Shown piece by piece: positions 32,906 through 44,127 of a stretch of DNA of 64,000 nucleotides. How positions within the stretch are numbered: position 1 is the stretch's first letter; the number at the start of each line of letters is the position of its first letter. The stretch lies in the sequence record MK250029.1. The stretch is one strand, 5' to 3'. The notes under the pieces were generated by a model. That model had not been told where the DNA came from. It searched no databases and saw only the letters and a program-made list of their open reading frames with translations. A program made the position numbers and the translations under genes.

Positions 32906-33862
32906 ATGGAACGATTATATAATAATTTAATTAAATGTATATCAATATCAGTAAAGTAGGCAATAGAAGAATCGATAGGAACATTACAAATAGATAATAA
33001 CATTGATAAAATTTATAATGATATAGAAAATCATATATATAAAAATAATAAAATAAACTATAATGATTATAAAAATATTATATAGTTTAATGAACATGAT
33101 AATTTATATATGTTAACATATAATGATATATGTAATATAAAGAATTTATAGATTATTATATGTGAAAATCCAGATATTATGTATACAGAAGCAGCAGCAT
33201 TAATAGATAATAAAGAATATACAATTTTAGGTTCAGATGAAATTATATTAGCAACATTAATTATATATAATCCAGATGAATTGCGGTTCTTAAAGAATCA
33301 TTTATATCATGAAATAAAACATTATTATGATACATTTAAACATATAAATTCATATAGCGGTTATGATAGGGGTATTAATTATCTATTAAATAAAGAACAG
33401 AAAGATAATAAAACATATAATATTAATTTTTTGCAATTTAAAAAGATGTTAATGAATAATAATATACCATATCCTTTATTATAGCAAGCTATATTATCTC
33501 AATTATATTATCTAGATAAATCAGAAATTCGGGCACATACAGAAAATATGTTTGGTGAAATAGATGAGTATTTTAAATATAATAATATAGTAAATAATTC
33601 TTTAGAAAATATATCAGAAACATATAATTTTTATAAATCAATAAAAGATGTTTTTACATATTACAAAGATAATTTATCAGAAACATATATTAACTGGTTA
33701 GTTAAAAATTTTGGTGATGATTTTTATGAAATATATTATGGTAAAATAGGACATCCTAAAAGTTTTAATTTTGTGTTTAAAAAAATTATTTATAATTGTA
33801 ATAAGTTTTTTAAACATGCAGAGCAAATGAAAATATATTGTAAAAATAAGTATGAAAAGTAA
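32906..33862 (+). CDS. HExxH zinc metallopeptidase-like protein (TAG-containing)
   Basis: ATG 32906 is in frame with both track ORFs; HLYHEIKHYYD and downstream SEIRAH. Confidence 0.6.
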
Positions 33863-34199
33863 TTCAATTATCATTGACTTTATAGGTGATGATTATATAG
33901 AATATTCAGATTTTTGGGAAAATACATATTAGAATTTATCTATAGATTCTCAAATATTATATGATTCATTGCATAGTAATGTTATATACAATATATTTGA
34001 TGAAATAAAATTATATATAAGAGAAAATATTGATCACCTTGATTTAACAATATATGATTATTATCTTTTACATTATTTGATTCCAGATAAAGAATCATTG
34101 AAGAAATATGTATTAAATAAAATGGAAAATATAACAGATAATGTTATTGATGATGTATTTAATAAAATAGAAGAACTTAAAAATAAACAAGAAAATTAA
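33852..34199 (+). CDS. Hypothetical protein (one TAG)
   Basis: ATG 33852 is in frame with track ORF 33969-34199. Confidence 0.55.
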
Positions 34200-34254
34200 G
34201 CAATTTAATAATTAAGATATATAATAAAAAGTAATTTTTGATTAAATAAGATTT

Positions 34255-36171
34255 ATGACAACAAAGAAATTAACGATTGAACAGAAGTATAAAAGTATGA
34301 CAGAAGTTGAACATATCCTCCAGAAATCTGGTATGTGGATCGGTTCAATTAATAAAGAAGATAAGAATTTATATGTTTATGACAATGATAATTGTAAGAT
34401 GATTATGAAAACAGTCTCATATATTCCAGCGGTTTTAAAGTTAGTAGATGAGATTATTTCAAATTCAGTAGACGAATATAGAAGAATTGATAATTTAGGA
34501 CTTACAAACCTTGATGTGAAAATTGATACAAACGGTTTTATTACTATTAGAGATAATGGTGGTATTCCTGTTGTAAAACATAAAGAAGCTGGTATTTATG
34601 TACCTACATTTTTGTTTGGTTCTCTGAGAACTTCATCAAATTATAATGATGATGATTCACGAGATGGCGTAGGAACAAATGGTGTAGGTTCTGCTATTAC
34701 AAATGTATGGTCAACACAATATGAAGTAAGTACAGCAGACGGAAAGAATTCATATCATCAAACATGGTCTAATAATATGAATATAAATGATGATCTAGAA
34801 ATAAAGAAATGTTCGAAGAAAGATCATTATACAGAAACAAAGTTTAAGTTAGATTTTAAGAGACTTCATGAAACTGTAGATACATGTTTCTCTGAAGATT
34901 TTATCAATATCATAGAGAAAAGATGTATTGATGCAGCTGCTGCAAACGTTGGATTAAATGTACATTTTTCATATACAGATAATGACAAGGTTATCAGAGA
35001 ATCAGAATGGCATTTCAAAACATTTGATGAATATATTGAATTATTTACTGATTATGTAGATACAGAACAAATGTTGAAATTCTCTGATTCTATTATGCAA
35101 GTATGGGTATTTCCTGATAATGGAATTAATGTCGGATTTGTAAATGGTGCAGAATGTTCAAGAGGAACACATATCAGAGCAGTTAGAAATGAGATTAACA
35201 ATGCTATTTCTGCTTATCTTTTAACAAAAGAAAAGATTGACATTACACCAAAGAATGTAGATGGAAAATATTCAATGTTCTGTACATTCCATGTTAATAA
35301 TCCATCATATGATTCACAGACAAAGGAATGTTTGACAACTGTTGTTGAGAAATTCAGTAATGATTCCAAATATACATTTAAAGTTCCAGATGCATTTATT
35401 AAGAATGTATTAAAATCTGAGATTGTTGATATAGTAATTGATTGGTATAAGCAAAAATGTGAAGTTGAAGATCAGAAAACACTTCGAAAACTTAATAGGC
35501 AAGCAAAGAATAAGATTAGAAATAACGATAAATTCATTGATGCAAATTCAAAACGAACAGCAGATAGAGAACTTTGGATATTTGAGGGTGATTCTGCACG
35601 TGCAGGATTCAGAGGTGCTCGTGACCCACAAACACAAGCGGCATATATGTTGAGAGGTGTTATTTTGAATGTTATCGGATTACCACCAACAAAAATTATG
35701 GCAAATAAAGAGTTATCTGATTTGTTTAATATTATCGGTTTACAATGGGGTGAACCAATCGATGTAAAGAAACTTAATTTCAGTAAATTAGTTATTGCAA
35801 CAGATGCTGATTTTGATGGTAGTAAAATTGCTGGATTGCTTTTAACATTCTTTAATTTATGGCCAGAATTATTTGAAGCAGGAATTGTATGCAGAAGTAT
35901 TACACATATTATTACTGCAACTAAAGGTAATGATGTACAAGGATTCTTTACAATGGAAGACTTCAAAAAGAAAGAAGATAAATTAAAGGGTTATAAGATT
36001 ACATATAATAAAGGTCTTGGTGGATTAACAGCAACAGAATATAAAGAGATGATGCGTAATCCGATTTTACATTATTATACTAAAGATGATTTAGCAGATA
36101 TGACTATTAAATCATGGTTTGGTAAAGGTATTGCAAAAACTCGTAAAGATATGCTTAAAAATGAAGTTTAA
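34255..36171 (+). CDS. Type II DNA topoisomerase large (ATPase+TOPRIM) subunit, T4 gp39/60-like
   Basis: EIISNSVDE, RDNGGIP, TSSNY..G.NGVG, FEGDSA, LRGVILN, ATDADFDG, YNKGLG. Confidence 0.95.
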   Translation: MTTKKLTIEQKYKSMTEVEHILQKSGMWIGSINKEDKNLYVYDNDNCKMIMKTVSYIPAVLKLVDEIISNSVDEYRRIDNLGLTNLDVKIDTNGFITIRDNGGIPVVKHKEAGIYVPTFLFGSLRTSSNYNDDDSRDGVGTNGVGSAITNVWSTQYEVSTADGKNSYHQTWSNNMNINDDLEIKKCSKKDHYTETKFKLDFKRLHETVDTCFSEDFINIIEKRCIDAAAANVGLNVHFSYTDNDKVIRESEWHFKTFDEYIELFTDYVDTEQMLKFSDSIMQVWVFPDNGINVGFVNGAECSRGTHIRAVRNEINNAISAYLLTKEKIDITPKNVDGKYSMFCTFHVNNPSYDSQTKECLTTVVEKFSNDSKYTFKVPDAFIKNVLKSEIVDIVIDWYKQKCEVEDQKTLRKLNRQAKNKIRNNDKFIDANSKRTADRELWIFEGDSARAGFRGARDPQTQAAYMLRGVILNVIGLPPTKIMANKELSDLFNIIGLQWGEPIDVKKLNFSKLVIATDADFDGSKIAGLLLTFFNLWPELFEAGIVCRSITHIITATKGNDVQGFFTMEDFKKKEDKLKGYKITYNKGLGGLTATEYKEMMRNPILHYYTKDDLADMTIKSWFGKGIAKTRKDMLKNEV

Positions 36172-36242
36172 TAACAATATTGAAATTCCATATGTTAAAT
36201 ATAAAAAAACATATGGAATTTTTAATTATAAAAATAAAAATG

Positions 36243-36250
36243 TATCTTTG
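36243..36250 (+). promoter_or_regulatory. Bacteroidetes-type -7 promoter element upstream of folD
   Basis: tttttaattataaaaataaaaatgTATCTTTGt. Confidence 0.7.
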
Positions 36251-36271
36251 TAAAAATAATTTAGGAATAAA

Positions 36272-37147
36272 ATGAAGTTAATAGATGGAAAACAAGTATC
36301 TACGGAAATTAAACAAAATATAAAAGTAGAAGTAGATAATATTATTAAAAATGGTGGTAGACCACCACATCTTGTTGCGATTCTTGTAGGACATGATGGT
36401 GGTTCTGAAACATATGTTAAAAATAAAGTTAAAGCATGTGAAACATGTGGATTTAAAAGTACAGTATTGAGATTTGATTCAACTATTACAGAAGATGAAT
36501 TACTTAATGAAATTCATAAATTAAATAATGATTCTACAGTAGATGGTTTTATTGTACAACTTCCATTACCTAAACATATATCAGAAGATAAGATAACAGA
36601 AGCAATTGATTATAAAAAAGATGTAGATGGTTTTCATCCAGTTAATGTAGGACGATTAAATATAGGATTACCTTGTTTTATTTCTGCAACACCATATGGT
36701 ATTATGGAATTGTTAAAATATTATAATATTGAAACAAAAGGTAAACATTGTGTTATTATCGGACGTAGTAATATAGTGGGAAAACCAATGTCTACATTAA
36801 TGGTTCAGAAGAATTTTGGTGATGCAACAGTTACGGTTTGTCACAGTCATTCTGAAAATCTTAGAGATATATGTAAACAGGCAGATATATTAATCGCTGC
36901 TGTTGGTAAGTCAGAATTTGTTACTGCCGATATGGTAAAAGATAATGCAGTTGTTATTGATGTTGGTACAACACGAATACCTGATAATACTAAGAAGTCA
37001 GGTTTCAGATTATGTGGAGATGTTAAATTTGATGAAGTATCACCAAAATGCAGTTATATAACACCTGTACCTGGTGGAGTAGGTCCAATGACAATTTGTA
37101 TGCTTATGAAAAATACGTTATTAGCAGCAAAGCATGAAATTTATTAA
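36272..37147 (+). CDS. folD: Methylenetetrahydrofolate dehydrogenase/cyclohydrolase
   Basis: [52 protein letters not shown]. Confidence 0.97.
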   Translation: MKLIDGKQVSTEIKQNIKVEVDNIIKNGGRPPHLVAILVGHDGGSETYVKNKVKACETCGFKSTVLRFDSTITEDELLNEIHKLNNDSTVDGFIVQLPLPKHISEDKITEAIDYKKDVDGFHPVNVGRLNIGLPCFISATPYGIMELLKYYNIETKGKHCVIIGRSNIVGKPMSTLMVQKNFGDATVTVCHSHSENLRDICKQADILIAAVGKSEFVTADMVKDNAVVIDVGTTRIPDNTKKSGFRLCGDVKFDEVSPKCSYITPVPGGVGPMTICMLMKNTLLAAKHEIY

Positions 37148-37163
37148 TTAAAAATAATACATT

Positions 37164-37730
37164 ATGACAATTATATTTTCAAATATGTTAGATTCCGATT
37201 GTCAGGTTCTTAGATGTACATGGCAAAATATATCTGATGTTAATGTAGTAGAAATTACACCAGATATGAATATAGATGAAGCAGAAACTTCTGTTAATAA
37301 TGCAATTATAGCAGAAGATGATACTATTATATTTTTAGGTCATGGAACCGAATATGGTTTATTATTTCCTGATTTCTATAAAGGACTATATATTTTGCAT
37401 GATGAAAATGTAAATTTAATTCATGCTAAAAATGTGATTTGTTGTTGGTGTCATGCATCTTCTTTTGTAAATAGACATAGTGATCATTTACATAATATAT
37501 TTGCGACATCTATGTATATTTCAAATGAGCATGAAGCATATGATAATGCAATATATGATTATTCACAGAATGATATTGATTTAAATGGTATACGTTTTTA
37601 TGCAAATATAAATCAATTATTGATTGATAAAATACCGTTAGATCAATGGGTAATGATTTTAGGAGCAAAAATGGATATTGAAAATGAAATAGATGTTTTT
37701 AATAGGCAAGGCCTATTTTATCAAGAATAA
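37164..37730 (+). CDS. Hypothetical protein (possible caspase/CHAT-like fold)
   Basis: IIFLGHG...WCHAS dyad-like motifs; fold call is weak. Confidence 0.55.
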   Translation: MTIIFSNMLDSDCQVLRCTWQNISDVNVVEITPDMNIDEAETSVNNAIIAEDDTIIFLGHGTEYGLLFPDFYKGLYILHDENVNLIHAKNVICCWCHASSFVNRHSDHLHNIFATSMYISNEHEAYDNAIYDYSQNDIDLNGIRFYANINQLLIDKIPLDQWVMILGAKMDIENEIDVFNRQGLFYQE

Positions 37731-37769
37731 AAAATAAAGGATAAGAATTTTAATTCTTATCCTTTTTAA

Positions 37770-39230
37770 TTATACTAATTTTCCTTTTTGTATATCTTCT
37801 TTTATAATATTAAATACTTTTTCTGCAAATGTATCCAAATCTGATACAACACAACTATAATATGCATCTTCATGATAACCAGAATATGTTCTGTCTGTAT
37901 ATGTAAATTCATATTCATCTGAAGCAGATAATGAAGTGAGATGGTTTAATGTATCTGTACTGTCTCTATCAGAACTTCCTGACTACATATATACATGTAT
38001 AAAACATTTACCATTTGAACTATTATAATATAAATCTTTAATAGCGCCACTCCAGTCATTATAATTACAATATATCTTCTTATCTGGATTATTTTCCAAA
38101 ATTGTTTTTATCTATGATTTAAACCATTGGAAATAATTAGATGGATTCGTTTCCATCTTATATTTTAATAATGTTTTTTCACTATTAGCTGCATTTTCAG
38201 ATTCATTACCATTTAATTTATATAAAATATATGGTTTAACAATATAAAGATAAACACCTTCACATAATACTTTAAATAAATTTGGTTTTTCATTAAAATA
38301 TGAATATGATGTTAATGGATACTTAAATAAGTTTGTCAATTCAAAATCTCTTTTAAAATCTCTTCTTCTTGCATCAGGTGCAAATGAAGCAGCTTCATAT
38401 TCAACAAAACAATTATATGAATCTGGATCAATTTCAAGATTAAAATATTGATCATAACCATCATAACCTCTTCTTACATATCCTACATTTTTTCTAATAG
38501 CAAATAAATGTTTATCAGTAAAACCAGTTAACTTATTAAAATTAATTATATCATCTCTTAATAAATCAACGAATTTAATAGCATCATTATGACATTTCTT
38601 TAATAAACTATTAACATATGACTCAATATCACTTTGACATTTTTTATATACTTTATTATATTCACTTACATATGAAGCTGATTTTACATCAAAATCATCA
38701 TATAATGAAGCAGGTATATGTTGTATTAATGTTTCAAGTTTTGTAATATATTTTTTACTTACTTTACTTCTTGTTGATGTTGTACGAGTTTTTCTAACAG
38801 GTTTAGCAATATCTGGTTCAGACTATACTACAGGTTTTGACTATATAGGTTTAGTATTAGATGTAATACCCATATTTATATTATATAAGTCTTGTATTTC
38901 TGATATAGTTCCACCTAATTCTAATATTCTATGACCAAATAAATTGAATACCTTAATTTTATCCATATCTCCTTCTGTTTTTGGACATGGTTTCTTCATA
39001 ATAATAAGAGCTGCAACATATCTTTCAATTAAATCCTATTTTGTTAATTTTTTCATAGGTTTAACGAATTCACATTCAGTCGCTTTATTTCTTGAACAAA
39101 CTGATGCTACACTTAACCATAATTTTCTATCTAATGTTCTGTGATCTATTTTCTTTGCCATTTCATTTAAAATATTTCTGACAGAATATGTAGATAGTTT
39201 TTTATTTATTGCTTTATCAAATAATGACAT
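37770..39230 (-). CDS. Hypothetical protein (486 aa, TAG-containing), paralog of 535-1968
   Basis: Track ORFs 39036-39230 and 38112-38339 share one frame; ends TAA 37770; LWLSVASVCSRNKATECE. Confidence 0.7.
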
Positions 39231-39272
39231 AATAATATTATTCTATTTTTACAATATATTTATTAAAAATAA

Positions 39273-40031
39273 TTAACTATTAAAGACTGGTCTTATTGTG
39301 AATGCATAAAAACGTGGTTCCTATATTATATGTGGTACTTCACTTTCATATTTTATATCATTTGAAAAATATAAACTTTGTGCATATGCTTTAATGTTAT
39401 TTCTATATGTATTCATATATTTAGGATCTGATGTATTATAAGAAGTCCAGTAATTACCGTATCCATAACCAGAAAAACCTTCAGTAACACTTCCAGCAGC
39501 AGGTAAATATATAAATTCTTTATTACCTCGTTTTTTAGATGTTATTTTATAACCAGGTATTATATTACCATTAGTATCACACCATTTCCAATTACAATAT
39601 TTAATTAATTCTTCAAACTATTCCGGTGTTGGTATTTTATAATTTCCATTTGTTTCCTAATAAGCAGCATCATCTATATCTTCTAATTGGTAATGAACTT
39701 TATTTTTAGAATATTTTATAAATGTTTTATTATTTCCAGATGGATTAAATTTTGTATAATCTGTTTTAAATATACGCTTAGTATGTACAGGTTCTGTATA
39801 TCCCCACTGATAGTAATTACCTGGATCTGTTTCAGTTTCTGCACCTAGATTTTTAGTACACCATAATGTTCCAGAAGGTAAACCTAAATTTACAAATTTA
39901 TAATTATTTGATATATTATCTATTATTGTAGTATTATCATCTAATATAATATCATCGTCTATATCATCAAATAAACTTTCATATATTGCGGTTTTAATAG
40001 ACTCTATTAATTTATTATATAATAATGACAT
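39273..40031 (-). CDS. Bacteroidetes 'VxLGLPSGTLW' / Fib_succ_major-like (CLec-fold) protein (TAG-containing)
   Basis: FVNLGLPSGTLWCTKNLGA..GNYYQWG, IPTPE(Q)FEEL, IYLPAAG, GNYWTS, C-terminal TIRPV after readthrough. Confidence 0.8.
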
Positions 40032-40119
40032 AAAAATATAAAAACTTTTATTATTTATTTTATTATAATGTACTTATTTTATAATAATTTATAATGATTT
40101 ATTCTTTTTACAAAATAAA

Positions 40120-41508
40120 TCAGAAATTAAACTAACCTACGTAGGATTTAGTTGAAAATAAGCTGGAAAACTACAGATTAAATTTATCTATAGAAAGTCT
40201 ATACATCATTTTAGACTTTTTGAAGAAGTAATATAGTTCCACTAAGTCATGATATGTAGGATGTAAATGAAATTCTTCCAATGACTTCATATACAACTGT
40301 TTAAACATAACTATGCTTGGTCTAACTATATTCTTTTTTATATCTTTAGATTTTATAATGTACTAATTATAAAATTCATATGCTCTACGACTTAACTCTA
40401 TTGAAGCTAAAATCATATCAGGTAAATTCAATGATCTATAAAGAAAGTTACCAATAAAACTCGAATATTCAGGAACAACCTTCAATAACTTAATATTCAA
40501 GATATTACATCTCTTCTATAAATTATTAACAAATAAAATTCTGTTCCATGAGTTATTAACTAATTTATTAAATCTCTTTCCTTTATCGGAATCTTTAGAT
40601 TTGATATTTAAATCTTCACATGAAATTAACTGACATTTGTAATATATAGCTTTGTTAACTATATTTTTAACTATCTATATAGTTTCATACTAACGTTTAT
40701 TTGAAATATATTTACGTTCTTTAGATTCAGTACTATAACCTTTACCTTTTAATCCAAAATCATAATCATTTAATTCTTTTATAGAATAAACACCGGATTT
40801 AACTACCTCAAATTCTGATTCAGATTTCCAATCAACTATACTCCATCCTATATAATTAGGATTAAGATCTAAACTAAGAATTCTGTTTTCAATTTTCTTT
40901 GAATTGAACTATGTATTTGAAATTATATTTTCATCAAACTGAATATAAACATATTGATTATCAATTTTATAAGTTATTGGACAATCATCTAGAACTTGGT
41001 GTTTGTATATATTTGTTAATGTTTTCTTTATATTTAAATGTAAGAATTTTGGTAAGTTAATTTGAATTTTCTTTTCTTTAAGTTTTAATGTAATGAAAGA
41101 TAAATCTTCGGATAGTTTGAATTTCCTGTTTCCATGCACAGATTTAGTTCCTGATTTCTTTTCGCCATATGAACATAAAGGAACTAATCTTTTTTCATTA
41201 AATTTATCTTTAGAAATTAATCCTTTTAACCTATTGAAAAAGTTTTTCTTTCCACCAAATATAACTTTCTATTCATTACCTACTAAACTATGAAGAAATT
41301 TCGCTTCATAGCTTGCTGACTATATAAACCAACTATCCAACAACTCTATATTATTCAATAAACATAAATCAGTTACCTTATTCTTTATACCATTCTATAA
41401 CTTATTAAATGCAACACGATATACATGATTATACTACTTGATATATCTACCAAGCAATAACTAATCATTTTGATTATCTATTCTATATTTAATTTTTATT
41501 GTTTGCAT
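40120..41508 (-). CDS. tnpB: TnpB/Cas12f-like RuvC nuclease (462 aa; 12 in-frame TAGs)
   Basis: Full hand translation: RuvC-I ILSLDLNPNYIGW, RuvC-II ISCEDLNI, KVVPEYSSFIGN, RuvC-III LPDMILASIELSRR; N-terminal VIFGG..GNRKF; ends TGA. Confidence 0.8.
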
Positions 41509-41673
41509 TTAATATTATAATTATATTCTATATTATTTATCTAAATTATTCTTAGAATTATCATCATTTCTAAAAATATTTCGAAAATATTTTAATTATT
41601 ACCAACAAAATTAAACAAAAAGAATATAACTTTATATAGAGAATAAATTATTTATAATATATGATTAATTATA

Positions 41674-42552
41674 TTGAATATGAAGAAATTATTTAAGTTA
41701 AATAATAATATTTGTGATCAGATATTTAATGAAGCACAAATACATTTTACTAAAAATTGTTCAAACAGATGTCCTTTCTGTATTGATGCATTTAATAATG
41801 GTGTTGGAAATAAAAAACCAGATATAGATAAGATCTTTTTATCAGTATTAAATATAAAAGATAAAATAGATGATATTGCAATATCAGGTGGTGAACCAAT
41901 GCTTTATATTGATGAGCTGCTACAATTAGTCAGAAATATAAAAAGATTTGCAAAATTAAATGTTACTGTTATTACATCAATGCCTATTACATGCTGGACA
42001 CATAAAGAAACATTTTTCGAAATAATAAAGATAATAGATCATCTTATTATTTCCCCACAACATTATGACCAGGAAATTGGTGATAAAATCAGAGGTTGTA
42101 ATTCATTTTATAATAGAGAAAAATTATTCAGTGAAATACCATATAAAAATAAAGTTTCATTAACTATTAATATTATAAAAGGTTATTTCAATGATAAACA
42201 AGATATTATAGATAATATAAAGTTTTTTGAAAAATTAGGTTATTCTAATTTCAAATTAGCAGAAATATTTGAACATGATGAACTTTATGTTTCCATAGAG
42301 GATTTATTAGGTTTTAAATTACCTTCCCCTTTTTCATATGGATGTTCAACAAAACATTTTGATCTATCTCCATATTTAGGATATAATTCAAATTCTGATT
42401 TTACTATTAAACGATGCTGTTTTTATAAGACTCATAAACAACATGCGTCTATTAATGATTTATTGAAAATATTAATCAGACCATTTTTTGCAAAAAAATA
42501 TTTTTTCTGTATTATATATGAAGATGGAAAAATTGTCAGAAGATGGTTCTAA
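41674..42552 (+). CDS. Radical SAM protein
   Basis: CSNRCPFC cluster motif and ISGGEP. Confidence 0.85.
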   Translation: MNMKKLFKLNNNICDQIFNEAQIHFTKNCSNRCPFCIDAFNNGVGNKKPDIDKIFLSVLNIKDKIDDIAISGGEPMLYIDELLQLVRNIKRFAKLNVTVITSMPITCWTHKETFFEIIKIIDHLIISPQHYDQEIGDKIRGCNSFYNREKLFSEIPYKNKVSLTINIIKGYFNDKQDIIDNIKFFEKLGYSNFKLAEIFEHDELYVSIEDLLGFKLPSPFSYGCSTKHFDLSPYLGYNSNSDFTIKRCCFYKTHKQHASINDLLKILIRPFFAKKYFFCIIYEDGKIVRRWF

Positions 42553-42573
42553 AAATAAAATTAGTTAATAATT

Positions 42574-43035
42574 ATGGATGTTAGAAAAATATTAGATAAT
42601 ATTACCAAATATATAGGTGATTATATTGCATCACATGCAGATAGAAATGAACTATTGAATAGTTATAATACTATAACAAAAATTGATAGTGCAATTAAAA
42701 ATATTGATAGTACATTGGAAACAATAGATGATAATGAATTATCAGATCGATTAAAAGAATATAAACATAAGAAGGAAGAAGAAAAAGAAAAGATAATGGA
42801 TGAATTACTGTATAAAGTATTACCTAAACCTTCTGTTATTGATATTAATGATTATTCAACAGATGGAAGTAATTATTATACATTAAATAGTAAGGAAAAA
42901 AATACACTAAATTTTAAAGAAGTAATTAAAGAAAAACCAAAAGAAAAACCAATAACTACCAGAGATTATTATGAAACATATTCAGGTGGATGTGGAAATA
43001 CATATAGTGGTTTTTCTCGTTCTGGAGGATGTTAA
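42574..43035 (+). CDS. Hypothetical coiled-coil protein
   Basis: 153-aa ORF. Confidence 0.6.
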   Translation: MDVRKILDNITKYIGDYIASHADRNELLNSYNTITKIDSAIKNIDSTLETIDDNELSDRLKEYKHKKEEEKEKIMDELLYKVLPKPSVIDINDYSTDGSNYYTLNSKEKNTLNFKEVIKEKPKEKPITTRDYYETYSGGCGNTYSGFSRSGGC

Positions 43036-43190
43036 ATAATAAATTAAATAAATTAATAAACTAATAAATTATGAAATTTTTATTTTTTATATTTTTTATG
43101 TACATTATTATAAAGTTATTTAATAACAATAATAATAATTCAAATTTAAGTTTAAATTAAATGAGTATACTATTTTAAATAAAGCACATT

Positions 43191-44126
43191 ATGACAAAAG
43201 ATGATTTAATAAAGAAATTTCCTATACCACAATTTAGTAAGTTTCCTGATAACAAAATAAATGAATTAATAGATTTATGTCTTGATACAGCAAAGTCATA
43301 TCATCAGGTAAATGATATGATTTATAATTATATCAAATATAATTTTACACATTCAACATATTTAATATTTGAAAGTGATACTGTTGATGGAGAACTGTCA
43401 AAAGATGAATTTGAAAATAATTTCAATTATGAAAGTTTTAATGCATGGTATTATGGATATTTGTCTAAAGATAATTATAATACATTGCTAAAGTATGGTG
43501 AATATTTAAATGGAAGAATAATAGATATTCCTACATATTCAATACAAGATTGGATTAAAGATGTTGAAATTTATTTTAAGTTAACACATAAATCTCATAG
43601 AACATTATTTGATGCATGTAAACTTATTTCTGATATTGTATATAAAGATGTTTTTGATGAGAATTACCAAAGTCTTAGAACAAAGTATCATACTAAACAA
43701 ACATTAATGCTTCAAGGATTGGGTATTCTATTGAAACAGAATTCAATGTCAAAAGTAACAAATGAAAATAAAGAAAAGTTTTATAAAGAATTAATGAAAT
43801 ATTTCATGTATCCTAAATATTTTGGTTATATGAAAGAAAATTACAGATATTCATTATCAAAGAAAAAACTTCCAAGAAAGACAAAGAAATTTTTACATAA
43901 TCCTATGGTAAACAATATATCAGGACGAAATAGATTTAATCTTATTAAACAGCAACTTTTTTATAATCGAATATATTCTGATTATGGACCATATGGAGAA
44001 TTTCTTAATATATTCAGAAACGCAGGAATATCAGATGAGATTGCAAGAAAAATTTGTCCTTGGAAAGAATCTGCTATGATTAATTATGAAGATATGTCAG
44101 TTGTTGTAAATGGTATATATTATTAA
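43191..44126 (+). CDS. Hypothetical protein
   Basis: 311-aa ORF. Confidence 0.7.
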   Translation: MTKDDLIKKFPIPQFSKFPDNKINELIDLCLDTAKSYHQVNDMIYNYIKYNFTHSTYLIFESDTVDGELSKDEFENNFNYESFNAWYYGYLSKDNYNTLLKYGEYLNGRIIDIPTYSIQDWIKDVEIYFKLTHKSHRTLFDACKLISDIVYKDVFDENYQSLRTKYHTKQTLMLQGLGILLKQNSMSKVTNENKEKFYKELMKYFMYPKYFGYMKENYRYSLSKKKLPRKTKKFLHNPMVNNISGRNRFNLIKQQLFYNRIYSDYGPYGEFLNIFRNAGISDEIARKICPWKESAMINYEDMSVVVNGIYY

Positions 44127-44127
44127 T

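Noticed and set aside
39273-39500. DGR variable repeat in the VxLGLPSGTLW protein (and in 3850-4100)
   Set aside because: The C-termini are CLec-like but keep normal A/T-ending codons, with no NNC or GC jump.
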